Positions 12,001-24,897 of a DNA stretch of 64,000 nt are shown piece by piece. The DNA comes from Sphyrna mokarran (Eukaryota), in contig JAGIQG010000043.1 in the NCBI GenBank assembly GCA_024679065.1, positions 2,046,001 through 2,110,000 of the forward strand. The letters are read 5' to 3'. The notes beneath the pieces were generated by a model. It worked only from the letters and a program-made list of their open reading frames with translations. It was not told where the DNA came from and made no database searches. A program made the position numbers and the translations under genes. Numbering within the stretch: the first letter of the stretch is position 1; every line of letters begins with the position of its first letter.

Positions 12001-15000
12001 GAGCTGCTGTCTCGGACAACTTTCTGTCTCAACGAGCTCAGAATCTCAACCAGCGATTGCTGCTTTTTCTGTGCTTTGCACACTCCCTGAAATGGCTGTG
12101 AGAGAGGCGTCTTTCTTAAGATCATACCATGCAAGCGTGTTCACAGCCAACACCTCTCTGTCTTTCTCTATCTGCTGCCAAGCCCGGCTCTCTGCTGCAA
12201 AACCTCATGACTATTTTCCTTGACTTTAAACGTCATAGCTGTTTTTGCAGAGCATTTCAACCACTCCAGAAGGAGCTCCCTCTCTCTTCACCTCGCAAAC
12301 CTTCTGTGGCACTAATGCGTTCTAACAGGGCCTTCACCTTAAGATGTATGGATCCAGCTATTGTCTCCAAGCTCTGTTCCTCCTCATTCTTTTGAACGTT
12401 CCCTGGCGGAATAATTGCTACTGGTCCTTGTAGAGAATCTAAAACATTGAATTTGCTGTTTCAATATTCGCATTGGAACAACTGTCGAATGACAGTCTCA
12501 CAAACATGTAAGATTTGATCCACCGGCAGTTTCGAAGTGTTTTCGTTCTGTTAGGGTGGTGCATGTTGACGCTTTGCAGTAAGTATCACGGAAAACCGTG
12601 TTCTAAACCGTATCCTAATTAGAGCTTTGTTTCACTAAAGCGACTGATTCTACTGGGATGTCTAATTCGAACATTTGAATAAATGTTCCTCTAATATTCG
12701 TGACTTCAAAATACTAACTAGTTTCTTGTTTCATAACAGAGCGAATAGGTCCGACTCAAAATACTTTATACACAAAATACTTTTTACAAATTTGAATTTT
12801 AAGCCGAGGTGTTTGATCCATAGTTTGAGCCCCCATTTTCCAGTAACAACATTACATTCATTGATCCTGCTTGTGCCAGTCACCGTTGATTTTTACTCCA
12901 TTGACTAAGTTCCTGGGCGGCATGGTGACACAGTGGATAGCACCGCTGTCTCACAGCACCAGGGACAGGGTTATGAATGACTGAACATCGACAGGTCACT
13001 TGGGTAGGTCCCAAAGATCCATTATCCTCTAGGCGCAGAAAATTCTCCTCTCATTCTGAAATGCAAATTCTTTACTCTGAGGTTATGTGATATTTTTTCC
13101 AGACAAGGGGGAATCAAATTCTTTCGGATCTGGCATGTCACTATCCTTCACAATATTGTGTTTCAATGCGTAGAAGTCTCATTTTCCTATTCTACAGAGA
13201 ATTTAACATAATTTTTCCAGTTTCTCATCACAGGGCAACTTTATCGTTCAAGGGATCAATGATAGATTATTAGGAGTTGGGGACCAAATGTACTGTGCCC
13301 AAGTACACAGATTAATCAGGAAAAGGACATAGGACATAGGACATAGAACATAGAACATAGAATGTAGAACAGTACAGCGTGGTACAGGCCCTTCCATTCC
13401 TTAAAAAAAAACACTTGTGAGTCCTAAAAGGATCTTGCGACTTTTCTCAATCAGCGGTACTCAAAGATATACAGAAAATATTGGAAATATTTGCAAGTGT
13501 GGCTGTATCTGGAGAAAACCAACGTTAATATTTCAGGTTGATAATCTTTGAGAAATGTAGAGAATTAACAATTTTTAGGTAGGCACAGAGGCAGAGGAAG
13601 TAGATGGGGAGGAAAGAAGAAAAAGAGTTGGCTTCTGATGGGGCGAAAAGCAAGATTGATTAAATGACAAAACAGATGAATGGTGAAGACAAAAGGTATA
13701 ATAATGGGACAAGTTAAGAAACACAAGATGGCGGCGTAGGTTTGTTGGGCCGAGGGGCCTGTTTCCCGTGCTGTTTTGTTTTTTGTTCTTTGATGTTGCA
13801 CCGACCAATGGAACCATCTAATGACCCTCTAACCTAAACTATTCCAATGTTATCCATATGCCTATCCACTGACCATTTGAACATCCTTAAAGTTGGCGAG
13901 TCCACAACTGCTGCAGGCAGCACATTCCACGCCCTTACTACCTGTGAGTAGAGAACCTACCTCTGACATCCGTCCTATACGAATCACCCCTTGGTTAATG
14001 GTTAATCAAGAATGTCAGGATCCTATATTCGGCAGCAAGTGCCACCACTAAACTGTATAGAGATGGTCTTGGAAGGTACAGAACAAGTAACCAGGCACCT
14101 GCTATTTAAACAGGCTTGCAAGTGCAATGATAAACAAACAATATTACTCTCCCTATATTAAGTTAACCTAAATTAAGATAAAGGACGACGGTTAGCTTAA
14201 ATAGAACAAATCGCGCTGTTTTTATTTCGTTTTGAGTTTAGAGCCTTGTCTGTTTCTATGTTCTATCACCATTTGTCATTTCTGTAAAAAAAGAACGAAT
14301 ACCATATTTGTGAAAAGGGCAAAATACCGAGAGTTGCATGACATTGATTTAAGAGGATTTGTCAAAAGAAGCAACAGGAATTAATAAAAATGGCGATTGA
14401 GGTGTCTGGGACAGGATCTGTAAACTAGAACACTGTAAGTTTACATGTCAATGTCCAACAATGTGCAATTAGGTTGATTGACCATGCTTAATTGTCCCTT
14501 AGAACAAACAACAGTACAGCAGAGAAGCAGGCCCTTTGGCCCTCCAAGCCTGTGCCACTCATGTGACCAATTAGACCATTCGTTTGTATCCCTCTGTTCC
14601 CAGTCTGGTCACGTGGCTATCTAGGTAAGTCTTAAACAATCCCAGCGTGTCCGCCTCGACCACCATGCTTGGCAGTGCATTCCAGTCCCCCCCCCACCCT
14701 CTGTGTAAAATACGTCCCCCTGACATCTGCGTTGAATCTTGCCCCTCCCCCCTCACCTTGAATCTATCACCCCTCGTGCTCGTCACCTCCGACCTGGGAA
14801 AAAGCTTCACCCTATCTGTGCCTTTCATAATTTAAGACACCTCTATTAGGCTTAGTATCTGAAGATGTGCAGGTATTCTGGATTGGTCAAGCAAAATTGT
14901 CCCTGAATGGCCAAATATGTGCCAGTTGTCTGATTGGCCATGGGAAAGTTGTCCTTTTGTGTCCAAATGCAGGTTACGTGCATTGGTCAAGCTAAATTGT

Positions 15001-16420
15001 CCCCAACTATCCAAAGATATGCAAGACGCCATATTGTCCATGCTAAATTGTGCCTTTGTGGATAAAGATGTGTATATTTGGGTGGATTGGACATGCTAAA
15101 TTGTCTCTTAGTGTCAGGGAAATTTGCAGGCTAAGTATGTGGGGTTACGGCGATAGCGGCTGGATGCATTTGCTAGCAGTGCAGGCTCAATGGGCTGAAT
15201 GGCCTTCCTTCTGCACTATTGGAGTTTTATGGTTCTATAATTTAACTTATCCACACTTTACCAATTGTCAATTTTCAGCATCCCGTTTTGCACGAACCTG
15301 ACTGACTCTTTTAAATATCACCGGTTACCAAGAACCTGGGGACGTCCTGTATTCGGGCAAGGCTCAACATTAAACTAGACAATTGTAATTTCTCTGAAAT
15401 AATGTGGACCATGCTCTATTGCAACCCATGTAAAGCATAAAGGCAGCATGAACTGTTCACATATCAGGGTATCAAAGAATGGCTTTGATTTCATGTTTTT
15501 TCTTACACAATTACATAAAAAGCACAGAACAGTTTTGGACTATTCGGCCTATCAGTTGCTGTCAATGTTCCAGAGGTACCCATTCCTTCTTTCCATCACT
15601 CCATCAACATATCCTTCTACTCCTTTCTCTCCTTTGTGTCTATCCAGCTGCTCAGTCAAAATCCACCTTTGTCATTCATCTCAAGCAGACATGAGAAGGA
15701 AAATGGGGCAACTAACGCCATAATCGGAACGACCTTAATAGTGCGATTTATTTTTAATTGGCACATTTTAATTTGATTTGGTTTTATTTATTATTGTCAT
15801 ATGAATTACTATTAACGAAAAATGGGCCCATCTTGCATTAAGTTGAACTTTCTCTGCAGCATGGCGATGATTGTGACACTACATTCTATTTTCCTTCTCT
15901 CTGAACAGTATGCTTTGTTTGTATGGCGCTCAAGAAACAATATTTTTCACTGTATCCCAATACATGTGACAGTAATAAATCAAATCAATTCTAATCCATT
16001 CAAAAGTATTCCCTATGTAACCGACTTCCATATGCTTCCCATTCTTCCAAGGTACATTTTTGCCCTGAATTCCTGCTTGGCAACAAACTCATCCTGCAAT
16101 ATTTTGGAATCCAACTTCTGCCTTGTTGAGTCATTTCATAATTGCAAATATTTCAGTGGATCAGCCCTCAATTTTCAATTTTTCTTTCAGAGGTAAAGAG
16201 CTCCAACCTCTTCAAGACTCTCTGACAGTTGCATGCTCTCATTTCTGGTATCATTCGTTATGAAATGTTAACTGCACCTTTTCCACTACCTGGGAATCCT
16301 TACCAGATCAAGAAAAAACGTGCTCTGCACTCCATGTCTGGTGTAGCTGATGTGAGTAAGATATTTGAGGTATTTTGGAGAACTTGCCGAATGTTCGCCA
16401 GCAACTGCAACTGTAGTAAA

Positions 16421-16433
16421 CAGGAAAACCGCA
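16421..16433 (+). promoter_or_regulatory. Adjacent ETS (CAGGAA) and RUNX (AACCGCA) sites about 170 bp upstream of gene A ATG
   Basis: Sequence CAGGAAAACCGCA; motif match only. Confidence 0.25.
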
Positions 16434-16594
16434 GAGATCTCTCTACCTCGGTTCTATTTTCAAATCCCTACCGTGTTTTCATTCATGTACACAGTGAACA
16501 TATTTTACACCTCCCCCACACAGAGAGAACAAGAGCGAGTTCTCAGTAAAATTTGGTTCGGGGGCACAGAGCCTCACGGTCTTGCTCAAGGATA

Positions 16595-16637
16595 ATGTGT
16601 TTCCTCGGTGTCTGTGCATTGTTCCATCTCTTCCAGG
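16595..16637 (+). CDS. Gene A exon 1, signal peptide MCFLGVCALFHLFQ
   Basis: ATG at 16595, hydrophobic 14 codons, donor G|GTGAGA in phase 1 that matches the V exon acceptor. Confidence 0.8.
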
Positions 16638-19600
16638 GTGAGATATCCTCATTATATTCAGATAGAATGGAGAAGGTTATGGATAGAGCGAAGAGGCAGA
16701 GATTGATTCCATTGTCAGGAGTTTCTGGAACCAAGGGAACATGAATTTGGTAAAAGTAACAGAGAGGGACATTAGGGGATTTTTTAACCCATTTGAGCTG
16801 TTGTGATCTGGAAGGTTTTGTCTCAAAGGGCGGAGGAAGCAGATCCAACAGGAACTTTCAAGCGGGGGAAATGGAACTTTCAAAATGGGTGAACTGAATA
16901 TAAATGTAAAGGGGCGAAATTCAATAATATTAGTGAAATCTTTCACAGATTCAACGAAAATTGGAAGGGCCGAAGGGTCCCCCCTCCCCGGGTTCAGCAG
17001 TGCTCTAAGTTGTGATTTGGCATGCAAGTTTAACTTAATAATGAATCAAATGTTGCTGAGAAAATGCGACGTCGATTCATAACGATGATTAGAATGGAAT
17101 TAATCTGATTTTGCGCGGGTTAGTTTGAATGGCCACGCTAAATTGCCCCTTCGTAACAGGGGATTAGCAGTATAAATATTGCAGGAATAGGGATAGGAGG
17201 GATTGTGATCCGTGCAGATTCGATGGAGCAAATGGCCTCGTTCTGCGCTGCGGGGATTCAGCGAATGCTCCATAACCTGAGGTGACTGTTGTTCTCTCTC
17301 TTTCTCTTTCCCAGTTACAATGTCTCAGGTCACCGTGTCCCAGTTTCCGCCGGTTCAGACGCTCCCTGTAGGGAGTCTTGTTAATCTCAGCTGCTGCATC
17401 CAGGGTGAAGCTGCTGGCCCTGTCTTCTGGTACAGACAGAGGGGGAGAAACGGTATGGATTTCATTTACAGAACCTACAAGAACAGCAAAGCTAAGGGGA
17501 GATTTTCCAGCCAGGCTTCTGAAAAAGGACTTTATTCACTAATCATTACGGATTCCCGAAAAAACGATTCTGGGATGTATTACTGCGCAAAGCGCAATTA
17601 TCAGAACATGATCCTAATATTCGGAAATGGCTCCAAATTAGTGATTACAGGTAATTCTTTTTAGAGCAACACAGCACGGGAAACAGGCCCTTCGGCCCAA
17701 CGAGCCCACGCCGCCGTCATAACTATATAGTAACAATTCCATTATCCTATTCTAATTTTAGGTTATTCCTAATATGGAAGAGTGTCAATGTAGGGACAAT
17801 TTTTTTCCCAATCAGCCTAAGAGAGAATTTTTTGGGATGTGGGAGGAAACCAGAGCGCCCGGAGAAAACCCACGCAACCACGGGGAGAACGTGCAAACTC
17901 CCGCAGAAACCGGCCCAATTCCAAGTGTCTGCACAGCTACAACGATAGTCACTGAGCTGTCATGGTGCCCTTCAGATGGTCCAGATAAAGCACTCATTTA
18001 CGACATGAAGCACCAGGCAACCCATGAATCAACATCCAAGAGCTGCCTTCGGACCACCTGCCAAATGCATGTTCCTTGTTGGTCAAGTACGGACCGAATT
18101 ACCTGTGGAAAAAAAGCCATAGTTAAACAGTCCTACTATATCCCTCTATCTGCATACCGCTCATGTGGCTGTCCAAGAGACCCTTAAAGAGCCCTAGCGT
18201 GCCTGTTCCCACCACCTTACTCGGCAGTGCATTCCACACCCCCACTACCCTTTGTGTGAAGAACTGCCCTCTAATATTCGTCCTATACATAGCCCCCCTC
18301 ACCCTATGGCCATGACCCCTCGTCTTATCCATTTCTGAAGGTGGAAAAAGTTTACCTCCATTTACTCTATCTATACCCCTTATAATCTTATACACCTCTA
18401 TGAGATCCCCTCTAAGCCGACGTCTTTCAAGGAAAAACAACCCCAGTCTATCTAATCGTTCCTCATAAGACAGTCCTTCCATACCAGGCAGCATCCTGGT
18501 AAACCTCCTCTGCACTCTCTCCAAGGACTCCACATCCTTCCGATAGTACGGCGACCAGAACTGGACGCAGTATTCCAAGTGAGGCCTAACCAACGTTCTA
18601 TACAATTGCAACATCAAACTCCTACTCTTGTATTCTATACCCTTTTCTATGAAAGCTAACATACTATACGCTTTCTTTATCACCTTCTCCACCTGTGAAG
18701 ACACCTTCAGAGACTTGTGAACCTGCACCCCCAAGTCTCTCTGCGTCTCTATGCTCCGTATAGTTTTACCTTTTATCCTATAACTCTCTTCTACATTTTT
18801 CCGGCCAAAATGCATCACCTCGCATTTATCCGGATTAAATTCCATTTGCCATCTATCTGCCCAGTCTACCAACCTATCTATGTCCTGTTGTATTGCCTGG
18901 CACTGCTCCTCTGTACCCGCCAATCCAAGCATCTTAGTGTCATCAGCAAATTTGCTGATCTCACCACCTACCCCAACTTCCAAGTCGTTTATGTAGACCA
19001 CAAGTAGAAGAGGACCTAGTACTGAGCCTTGTGGCACTCCACTAGTGACAGGCTTCCAGTCGGAAAAAGAGCCTTCCACTACTACCCTCTGTCTCCTCCT
19101 CCAGAGCCAGTTCTCGACCCATCTACGTACCCGGCCCTGTATCCCATGCGCCTTCACCTTCTCTATCAGTCTACCATGAGAAACTTGTCAAACGCCTTAC
19201 TGAAATCCATGTAGACGACATCAACAGCATGCCCTTCATCAACTGTTTTTGTCACTTCTTCAAAAATTTCCACGAGATTTGTAAGACAAGACTTTCCCTT
19301 GACGAAGCCATGCTGCGTATCCCTGATCAGATCGCAGCGCTCCAGATGCTCATACATCCTGTCCCTGAGGATCCTCTCCATTAGCTTACCTATAACTGAA
19401 GTCAAGCTCACCGGCCTATAGTTCCCTGGGTTATCCCTCTGACCCTTTTTAAACAACGGTACTACATTTGCAATCCTCCAGTCCTCTGGGACCTCACCTG
19501 TGTCCAACGAAGAGACAAAGATTTGCGTCAGAGACCCAGCTAGGTCTTCCCTCAACTCCCTTAGCAGCCTGGGGTAAATGCCATCAGGCCCCGGAGCTTT

Positions 19601-22600
19601 ATATGTCTTTAAGCTGCCTAACAGCCCCAACACCTCATTCTTCATAATCTTTATTTCTCTCAACCGATCCTCAACTTTGTCAACATCAGCAACAGGCATC
19701 TGGCCAGTCTCCTGCGTGAATACCGACGCAACGTATTCATTCAGGATCTCCCCCATTCCCTCAGGCTCGAAGCATAGATCCCCTCCTCTGTCCCTGAGAC
19801 GTCCAATCTTGCCTCTAACCATCCTTTTGCTCCTTACATAGGTGTAAAATGCCTTAGGATTTTCCTTAATCCTACCCTATCCTACTAAATCTCATTATTA
19901 TTCTATTGCAGTGAGTATCTCAAAGCAATTAAAGTGTTCTGTTCCACCAATTAATGAGTGTTTTCCGTTTCATTTGCCGAATTTAGCGGGTTCTCCCACG
20001 ATATTCCTCCTCACCCCGCCACTGGATGAGATTCCCGCCATGAAAAGTGTCCCATTGTTGTGTTTGGTCAGAGGCGTGTCTCCCGGTTCCTTTCCTGTCC
20101 GCTGGAATGTTTCGGGGAGAGATACCGTGGAACAGACCGATTCGGGGACACTGGAGCCAGACGGGATCTACACCGTCAGGAGTTACATCAGTCTTCCGGC
20201 GGAAACTTGGAGAAGCGGTGCTCACTGTACCTGCGCCGTTCGGGTCAGCTCCAGTGAAAATAATCTCAGTGACAGTATTCTCAGTAACAGTACTCTCAGA
20301 GACAGTTTCTCATCTCAGAAAGGTAGCTATTCCCAATGGATATTTTTCAATCCATTTAATAATAACGTGACACTGTACTAAAAGCTGTCTAACTTTGTAA
20401 ATTTCAAATGTCTCTGCGTCATCCATGAATATCTAAATCAGTACTGTCCTAAAATAATCCTCCCAGTTTCATTTTCTGATATTTTGCCTCTTCTTCGCTA
20501 CCGTTATGAACCGTGGATGTTCAATCACTGAAACACATTTGTGAGAGCGGATAGATTAATTAGTAAGAGAAAGAGCGGAGAAGTGAAGTTTGTAAACATG
20601 GTGAGGGATGGTGATGTTGGATGGCAGAATAGACGAGATAGGCCTAATGGCCTCTTCTCCTCTTCCCCTTGTTGTATCTGGCTAAGACAACACGACGCAT
20701 CTGAAGGTCAGGGACCAATCTTTCAGTGTGTAAAACTGAAATGTGTGATTATATCCCCAGTATTGCACTCTATCTCAGTGAACCATTTATTCATCCCTTC
20801 GCCTCCCAGTACTTCAATCCCATTCAATTACATGGACCTTCCCGCGGGTGCTACTGTTTTCCCACAAATTCCAAAGATGTGCAGGTTAGGTGGATTGGCC
20901 ATGCAAATTGCCACTTAGTGTCCAAATATGTGCGGGATAAGTGGATTGGCCATGCTAAATTGTCCCTTAGTGCCACAGGATATGTCGGTTAGGTGGATCA
21001 GACATGGTATATGCCCCTTAGTGTCCACGGCCGCGGAGGTTAAGTGGACCAGCTATGGTAAATTGCTCCTAGTGTGTCCAAAGATGTGAAGGCTAGGTGG
21101 ATCAACCATGGTAAATTGCCCTTAATGTCAAAGGATGTGTAAATTAGGTGGATAAGCCATGGTAAATTGCTCCTTAATATCGAAGATATGTAGGTTAGAT
21201 GGGTTAGCTATGACAAATTGCCCTTTAGTGTCCAAAGATACGCGGGTTAAGTGGATTGGTCATGCTAAATTGCTCCTTAGTGCCCAAAGTGTGAGGGATA
21301 GGTGCATTGGCCATCCTAAATTCAGCTGAGAGTCAGGCGGATTAGCAGAGTAAATATGCGAGGTGACGGGGATAGGGTGGTGCAGACTGGATGGCTCGAA
21401 TGGTCTTCTTCTGCACCATGGGATTATATGATTACTCTCTGCCTGAATCTTCCACTTTCTCCCTCCATCTCTCTGTGTGCCCTATTCAAAAAGTATTCAG
21501 TCTTTCTGTCACTATCTCTTTCTGCCGCGCCTAATGTTCTATTGTAAAAGTGTGACTGTATTACATAAAGGGAAAGTGTCAAAATTTTTCTCATTTTCCG
21601 GTCAAATTGGACAGTTAAATTGAAACAAGATCCTTGCTTGTTTAATTATTTCCACACTTGATTTCTGTTAACTGAAAGTTTAATTTTTTTTGCAGATTCT
21701 CCGTCCTCGCTCACCTGTGATTTAGTATTTTCCGGGGGTTTGTCGGTCGCGGCACTTCTCCTTCCGGGATTGGTCCTTGTGGCCGGAAGAAGGATCTGCA
21801 GCAACCGGCAGAGAGGTAGACATTTTGGGGGGAATCTGTTACTCCGCGGCGCTCTCAATCCACACATTTATCACCGAGATATTGATAATTCTGAGCGGGT
21901 TCGGTGTGAAATTAATCCATTTTAAATTTCAGTTTAAATCCCCCTTTCTATCAGGAACCGCGAACAGCGATGAGGAACTGACAGAATCCAGAGAACACAA
22001 GCAGAATAAAGAGGTGAATGAATGGAATTTTTTTTGACATACCGCGGGATACTTTTCATTAATAATTAATCCACGGTTTAGAATTGACAACGAACACAGA
22101 AAATTCTAGAAGACTTCAACAAGCCTGGTGGCTTCCATAGACAGAGAAAGCTTCGAGGCCGAATAACTTCTTTCAAGTTTTTTGTTTAATTCATTCATGG
22201 AATATTTGATTTGATTTGATTTATTATTGTCACGTGTATTGGGATACAGTGAAAAGAATTGTTTCTTGTCTACTATACAGACAAAGCATACCATTGATAG
22301 AGTACATAGATTTGGTTTGTTATTGTCACATGTATTGGGATACAGTGAAAACTATTGTTTCTTACGCGCTATAGAGACAAAGCATGCCGTTTATAGAGTA
22401 CGTACATTTGATTTATTATTGGCACATTCATTGGGAGACAGTGAAAAGTATTGTTTTTTGCATACTACACAGCCAGAGCATACCATTCACAGAGTACATA
22501 GATTGGATTTATTATTGGCACATGTTTTGGGATTCAGTGAAAAGCGTTGTTGTTGCGCGCTATACAGACAAAGCATACCGTTCATTGAGTACATAGGTTT

Positions 22601-24267
22601 GGTTTATTATTCTCACATGCAATGGAGTACAGTGAAAAGTATTGTTTCTTGCTCGCAAAACAAAGCATACCGTTCATTGAGTACATAGTTTTGGATTATT
22701 ATTGTCACATGTATGGGATACAGTGATAAGTATTGCTTCTTGCGCACTACATAGAGAAAGCATACCGTTCATTGAGAAGTAATGGAGATTGTGGAGAATA
22801 TAGTGCTAGAACCATACCCAGAATGTAGAGAAAGATAGAAAGATCAACTTAGTGCGAGGTAGGTCCTTTCAGAAGTTTGACAGCAGCACAGAAGAACCTG
22901 TTCTTGAGTCGGTTGGTACTTGAACTCAGACTTTTGTATCTTTTTCCCGATGGAAGAAGGTGGAAGATAGAATGTCCGGGGTGCGTGTGGGAGGGTGGGC
23001 GGTGTCCTTGATTATGTTGGTTGCCTTTCCCCGAGGCAACAGGACGTGTAGACAGAGTCAATGGAGGGGAGGCTGATTTGAATAATGGGACTTTCCAATT
23101 CTTGTAGTCTTGGGCAGACCAGGAGACATACCAAATGCACTCACTTTGGAATGAAATTCTGGCTCTGGAGGGAGTGCAGCGAAGGTTTACCAGGCTCACT
23201 CCAGGAATGGCGGGATTCATGTATGAGGAGAGATTGACTAGTTTGAAGTTGTTTTCACTGCAGTTCAGACGAATGGGGGGTGATTTCATAGAGACTTCTA
23301 AAATTCTATCAGGGCTAAACAGAGTAAATACAGGAAGGATGTTCCCGATAATGGAGGGAGTCCAGAATCTGGGGTCACAGTTTGAGGTTTTGGGATAGAC
23401 CATTTAGGACGGAGGTGAGGAGACATTTCTTCACTCGGTGAGCCTGTGGAATTCATTATCACAGGAAGTAGTTGATGCCAAAACATTCAATATGTTCAAC
23501 AGGCGACTGGATATAGCACTTGGGAGCGAAGTTTATGGGGAGAAAGTAGGATTAGACGATTGGGCTGGACGATCAATCATGATCATAATGAAAGCTGGAG
23601 CAGACTCAAAGGGCCAAATGACCTCTCCCTGCTGGTATCTTCTATGTTTCTATATAAACAGCCACCATTAACAAGGATCCCGGATACGCTTTATTTCTCC
23701 ACCTTCTTCCTTCGGGGAAAAAGAGATATAATTCTGAGGTCACGCAAGGATAGCTCCTTCCCTGCTGCCATCAGACATTAGAATTGACCTGTCTCATATT
23801 ACGTTGAACTTTCTCTTCAAGCCTCTCTATCACTGTAACACTATAATCTGCACCTTCTCCTTTCATTCTCCACACACGATAAACTTTGTCTGTACACTGG
23901 GCAAGAATCATTACATATTAATGCATACTCATATATGTGACAATAATAAATCTTCACAGAACGCGAGGCGGAATTCTGGTCACTAAAAAGCTATATAGAG
24001 CATTGGGCAATTGGAACTCTGGAGATGCGACAGTTAGATTTACATTAGGGAGGGATTAAGGATTATTCAATATTAGTGGGTGACTGTGAGTTGAGTTACC
24101 TTGCAGCCATGAACCGATTGAATGCAGTGGAGGGGACGCGGAGGAGTGGGGGGACTCAATGGTCTCACCTGTCACTATAATAATGGTGTGTGTCACGCTA
24201 ACAGATCACTTTTCATCCACAGACACTTTACGCTCGCCTGGCCTTTAACGAGGATCCAAAACCTTAA
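16595..24267 (+). CDS. Gene A: non-rearranging VJ-C1 Ig-superfamily type I membrane receptor (TCR/IgL-like, PRARP/VJC1-type), 312 aa, 6 exons
   Basis: Exons 16595-16637, 17315-17650, 19987-20322, 21696-21815, 21955-22013 and 24223-24267 are all GT-AG with phases 1,1,1,1,0. They total 939 nt and are open to TAA at 24265-24267. Confidence 0.85.
17315..17650 (+). CDS. Gene A exon 2, germline-joined VJ domain
   Basis: Strong polypyrimidine tract and CAG. Encodes VSQFPP..G..VNLSC..FWYRQ..GRF..DSGMYYCA..IFGNGSKLVIT, then donor G|GTAATT. Confidence 0.95.
17663..19875 (-). mobile_element. CR1 LINE filling the gene A V-C1 intron
   Basis: ORFs 19166-19822 and 18123-19157; 3'UTR with SINE core 17790-18120. 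Confidence 0.95.
19987..20322 (+). CDS. Gene A exon 3, C1-set domain plus Ser-rich stalk
   Basis: PTIFLLTP..VPLLCLVRG..VRW..DGIYTVRS..TWRSG..TCAV, phase 1/1 splice sites. Confidence 0.93.
20870..21330 (+). repeat. Tandem array (~9 x 51 nt) of V-SINE internal unit
   Basis: CCAAAGATGTGCAGGTTAGGTGGATTGGCCATGCTAAATTGCCCCTTAGTGT-like unit; similar arrays at 14850-15120 and 61530-61780. Confidence 0.9.
21696..21815 (+). CDS. Gene A exon 4, Cys connecting peptide plus transmembrane
   Basis: T-rich TGCAG acceptor; DSPSSLTCDLVFSGGLSVAALLLPGLVLVAGRRICSNRQR; donor G|GTAGA. Confidence 0.85.
21955..22013 (+). CDS. Gene A exon 5, cytoplasmic GTANSDEELTESREHKQNKE
   Basis: Phase 1/0 exon. A paralogous 59-nt exon at 3845-3903 has a homologous upstream intron. 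Confidence 0.8.
22205..23135 (-). mobile_element. Rex1/Babar 3' end with six tandem ~96-nt tail units
   Basis: HPGHSIFHLLPSGKRYKSL..RLKN; unit GATTTATTATTGTCAC..GAGTACATA. Confidence 0.8.
23140..23650 (+). mobile_element. Older CR1 3' fragment in gene A last intron
   Basis: LEGVQRRFTRL..YEERL. Confidence 0.8.
24223..24267 (+). CDS. Gene A last exon, TLYARLAFNEDPKP* (ITIM/ITSM-like)
   Basis: Branch-like GCTAAC, TTTTCATCCACAG acceptor, phase 0. Homologous to gene B last exon (PLYASL) and to the remnant at 4875 (TLSARL). Confidence 0.72.
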   Translation, partial: TLYARLAFNEDPKP

Positions 24268-24897
24268 CTGGCGAGAAAAGAGAGGGACACAGAGAACTCA
24301 CCGTGTGTTTCCGGGTTTTATAGTGTCGTTGAAACATTCTTATTTTTGCAAGGAGAATTCCGAAAGTGCGGCCGGTACGAATTCGGACGGACTGGGGGCT
24401 CAATATTATGATGGCGACCAAAGCGGAAATGAACTTTCTCTTAATGTCCAACATTATAAGATGGAATATCGCCTGCGATGCAATTTCACCTCTCAATGCT
24501 TCTAATTTCTGATAGCGGGTTTTAAAATTCTATTCTGCATTTACTACTGTAATTGTGCAAGAAATAGTTAAAAATGTATCAATATCCGAGTTAACTAAAT
24601 ATAGAAGAAGGTCTTCAATACCAAATGTTACCTGTGCAATTCCGGTTTCTATAAGGATTTGGAACAAATATGTTTCCAGCGGCTCTTCAGCTAATTTACA
24701 GGAACGTTTTTAGGGTGTGTTTGTTTGCGTTGGAGATGGTATTAAGGGCAGAACAGGAATGTGAGCAACTGGTTTGGGATTTCTGCTGCATGAATATGCA
24801 ATCTGCAAGATTAAATGTGCCCCAAACTTAACTGGATCTACCCTAGTTTTGGACATCCAATTGAATATTGGCAGTTAATCCTGAAAGAACATTATCT

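Larger units (their letters stand above)
1930..14945 (+). repeat. Segmental duplication, copy 1 (paralog of 51840-64000)
   Basis: Collinear blocks: 1935/51845, 4920/56090, 6410/56700, 8420/59620, 10620/61010, 11600/62990, 14345/63385. Confidence 0.9.

Noticed and set aside
17315-20322. Calling gene A or B a true TCR or Ig light chain
   Set aside because: No RSS or separate V/J segments, no TCR conserved TM (CART) motif, and multi-exon tyrosine-motif tails; IgL has no TM.
20870-22780. CRISPR-like arrays
   Set aside because: Eukaryotic tandem repeats without unique spacers.
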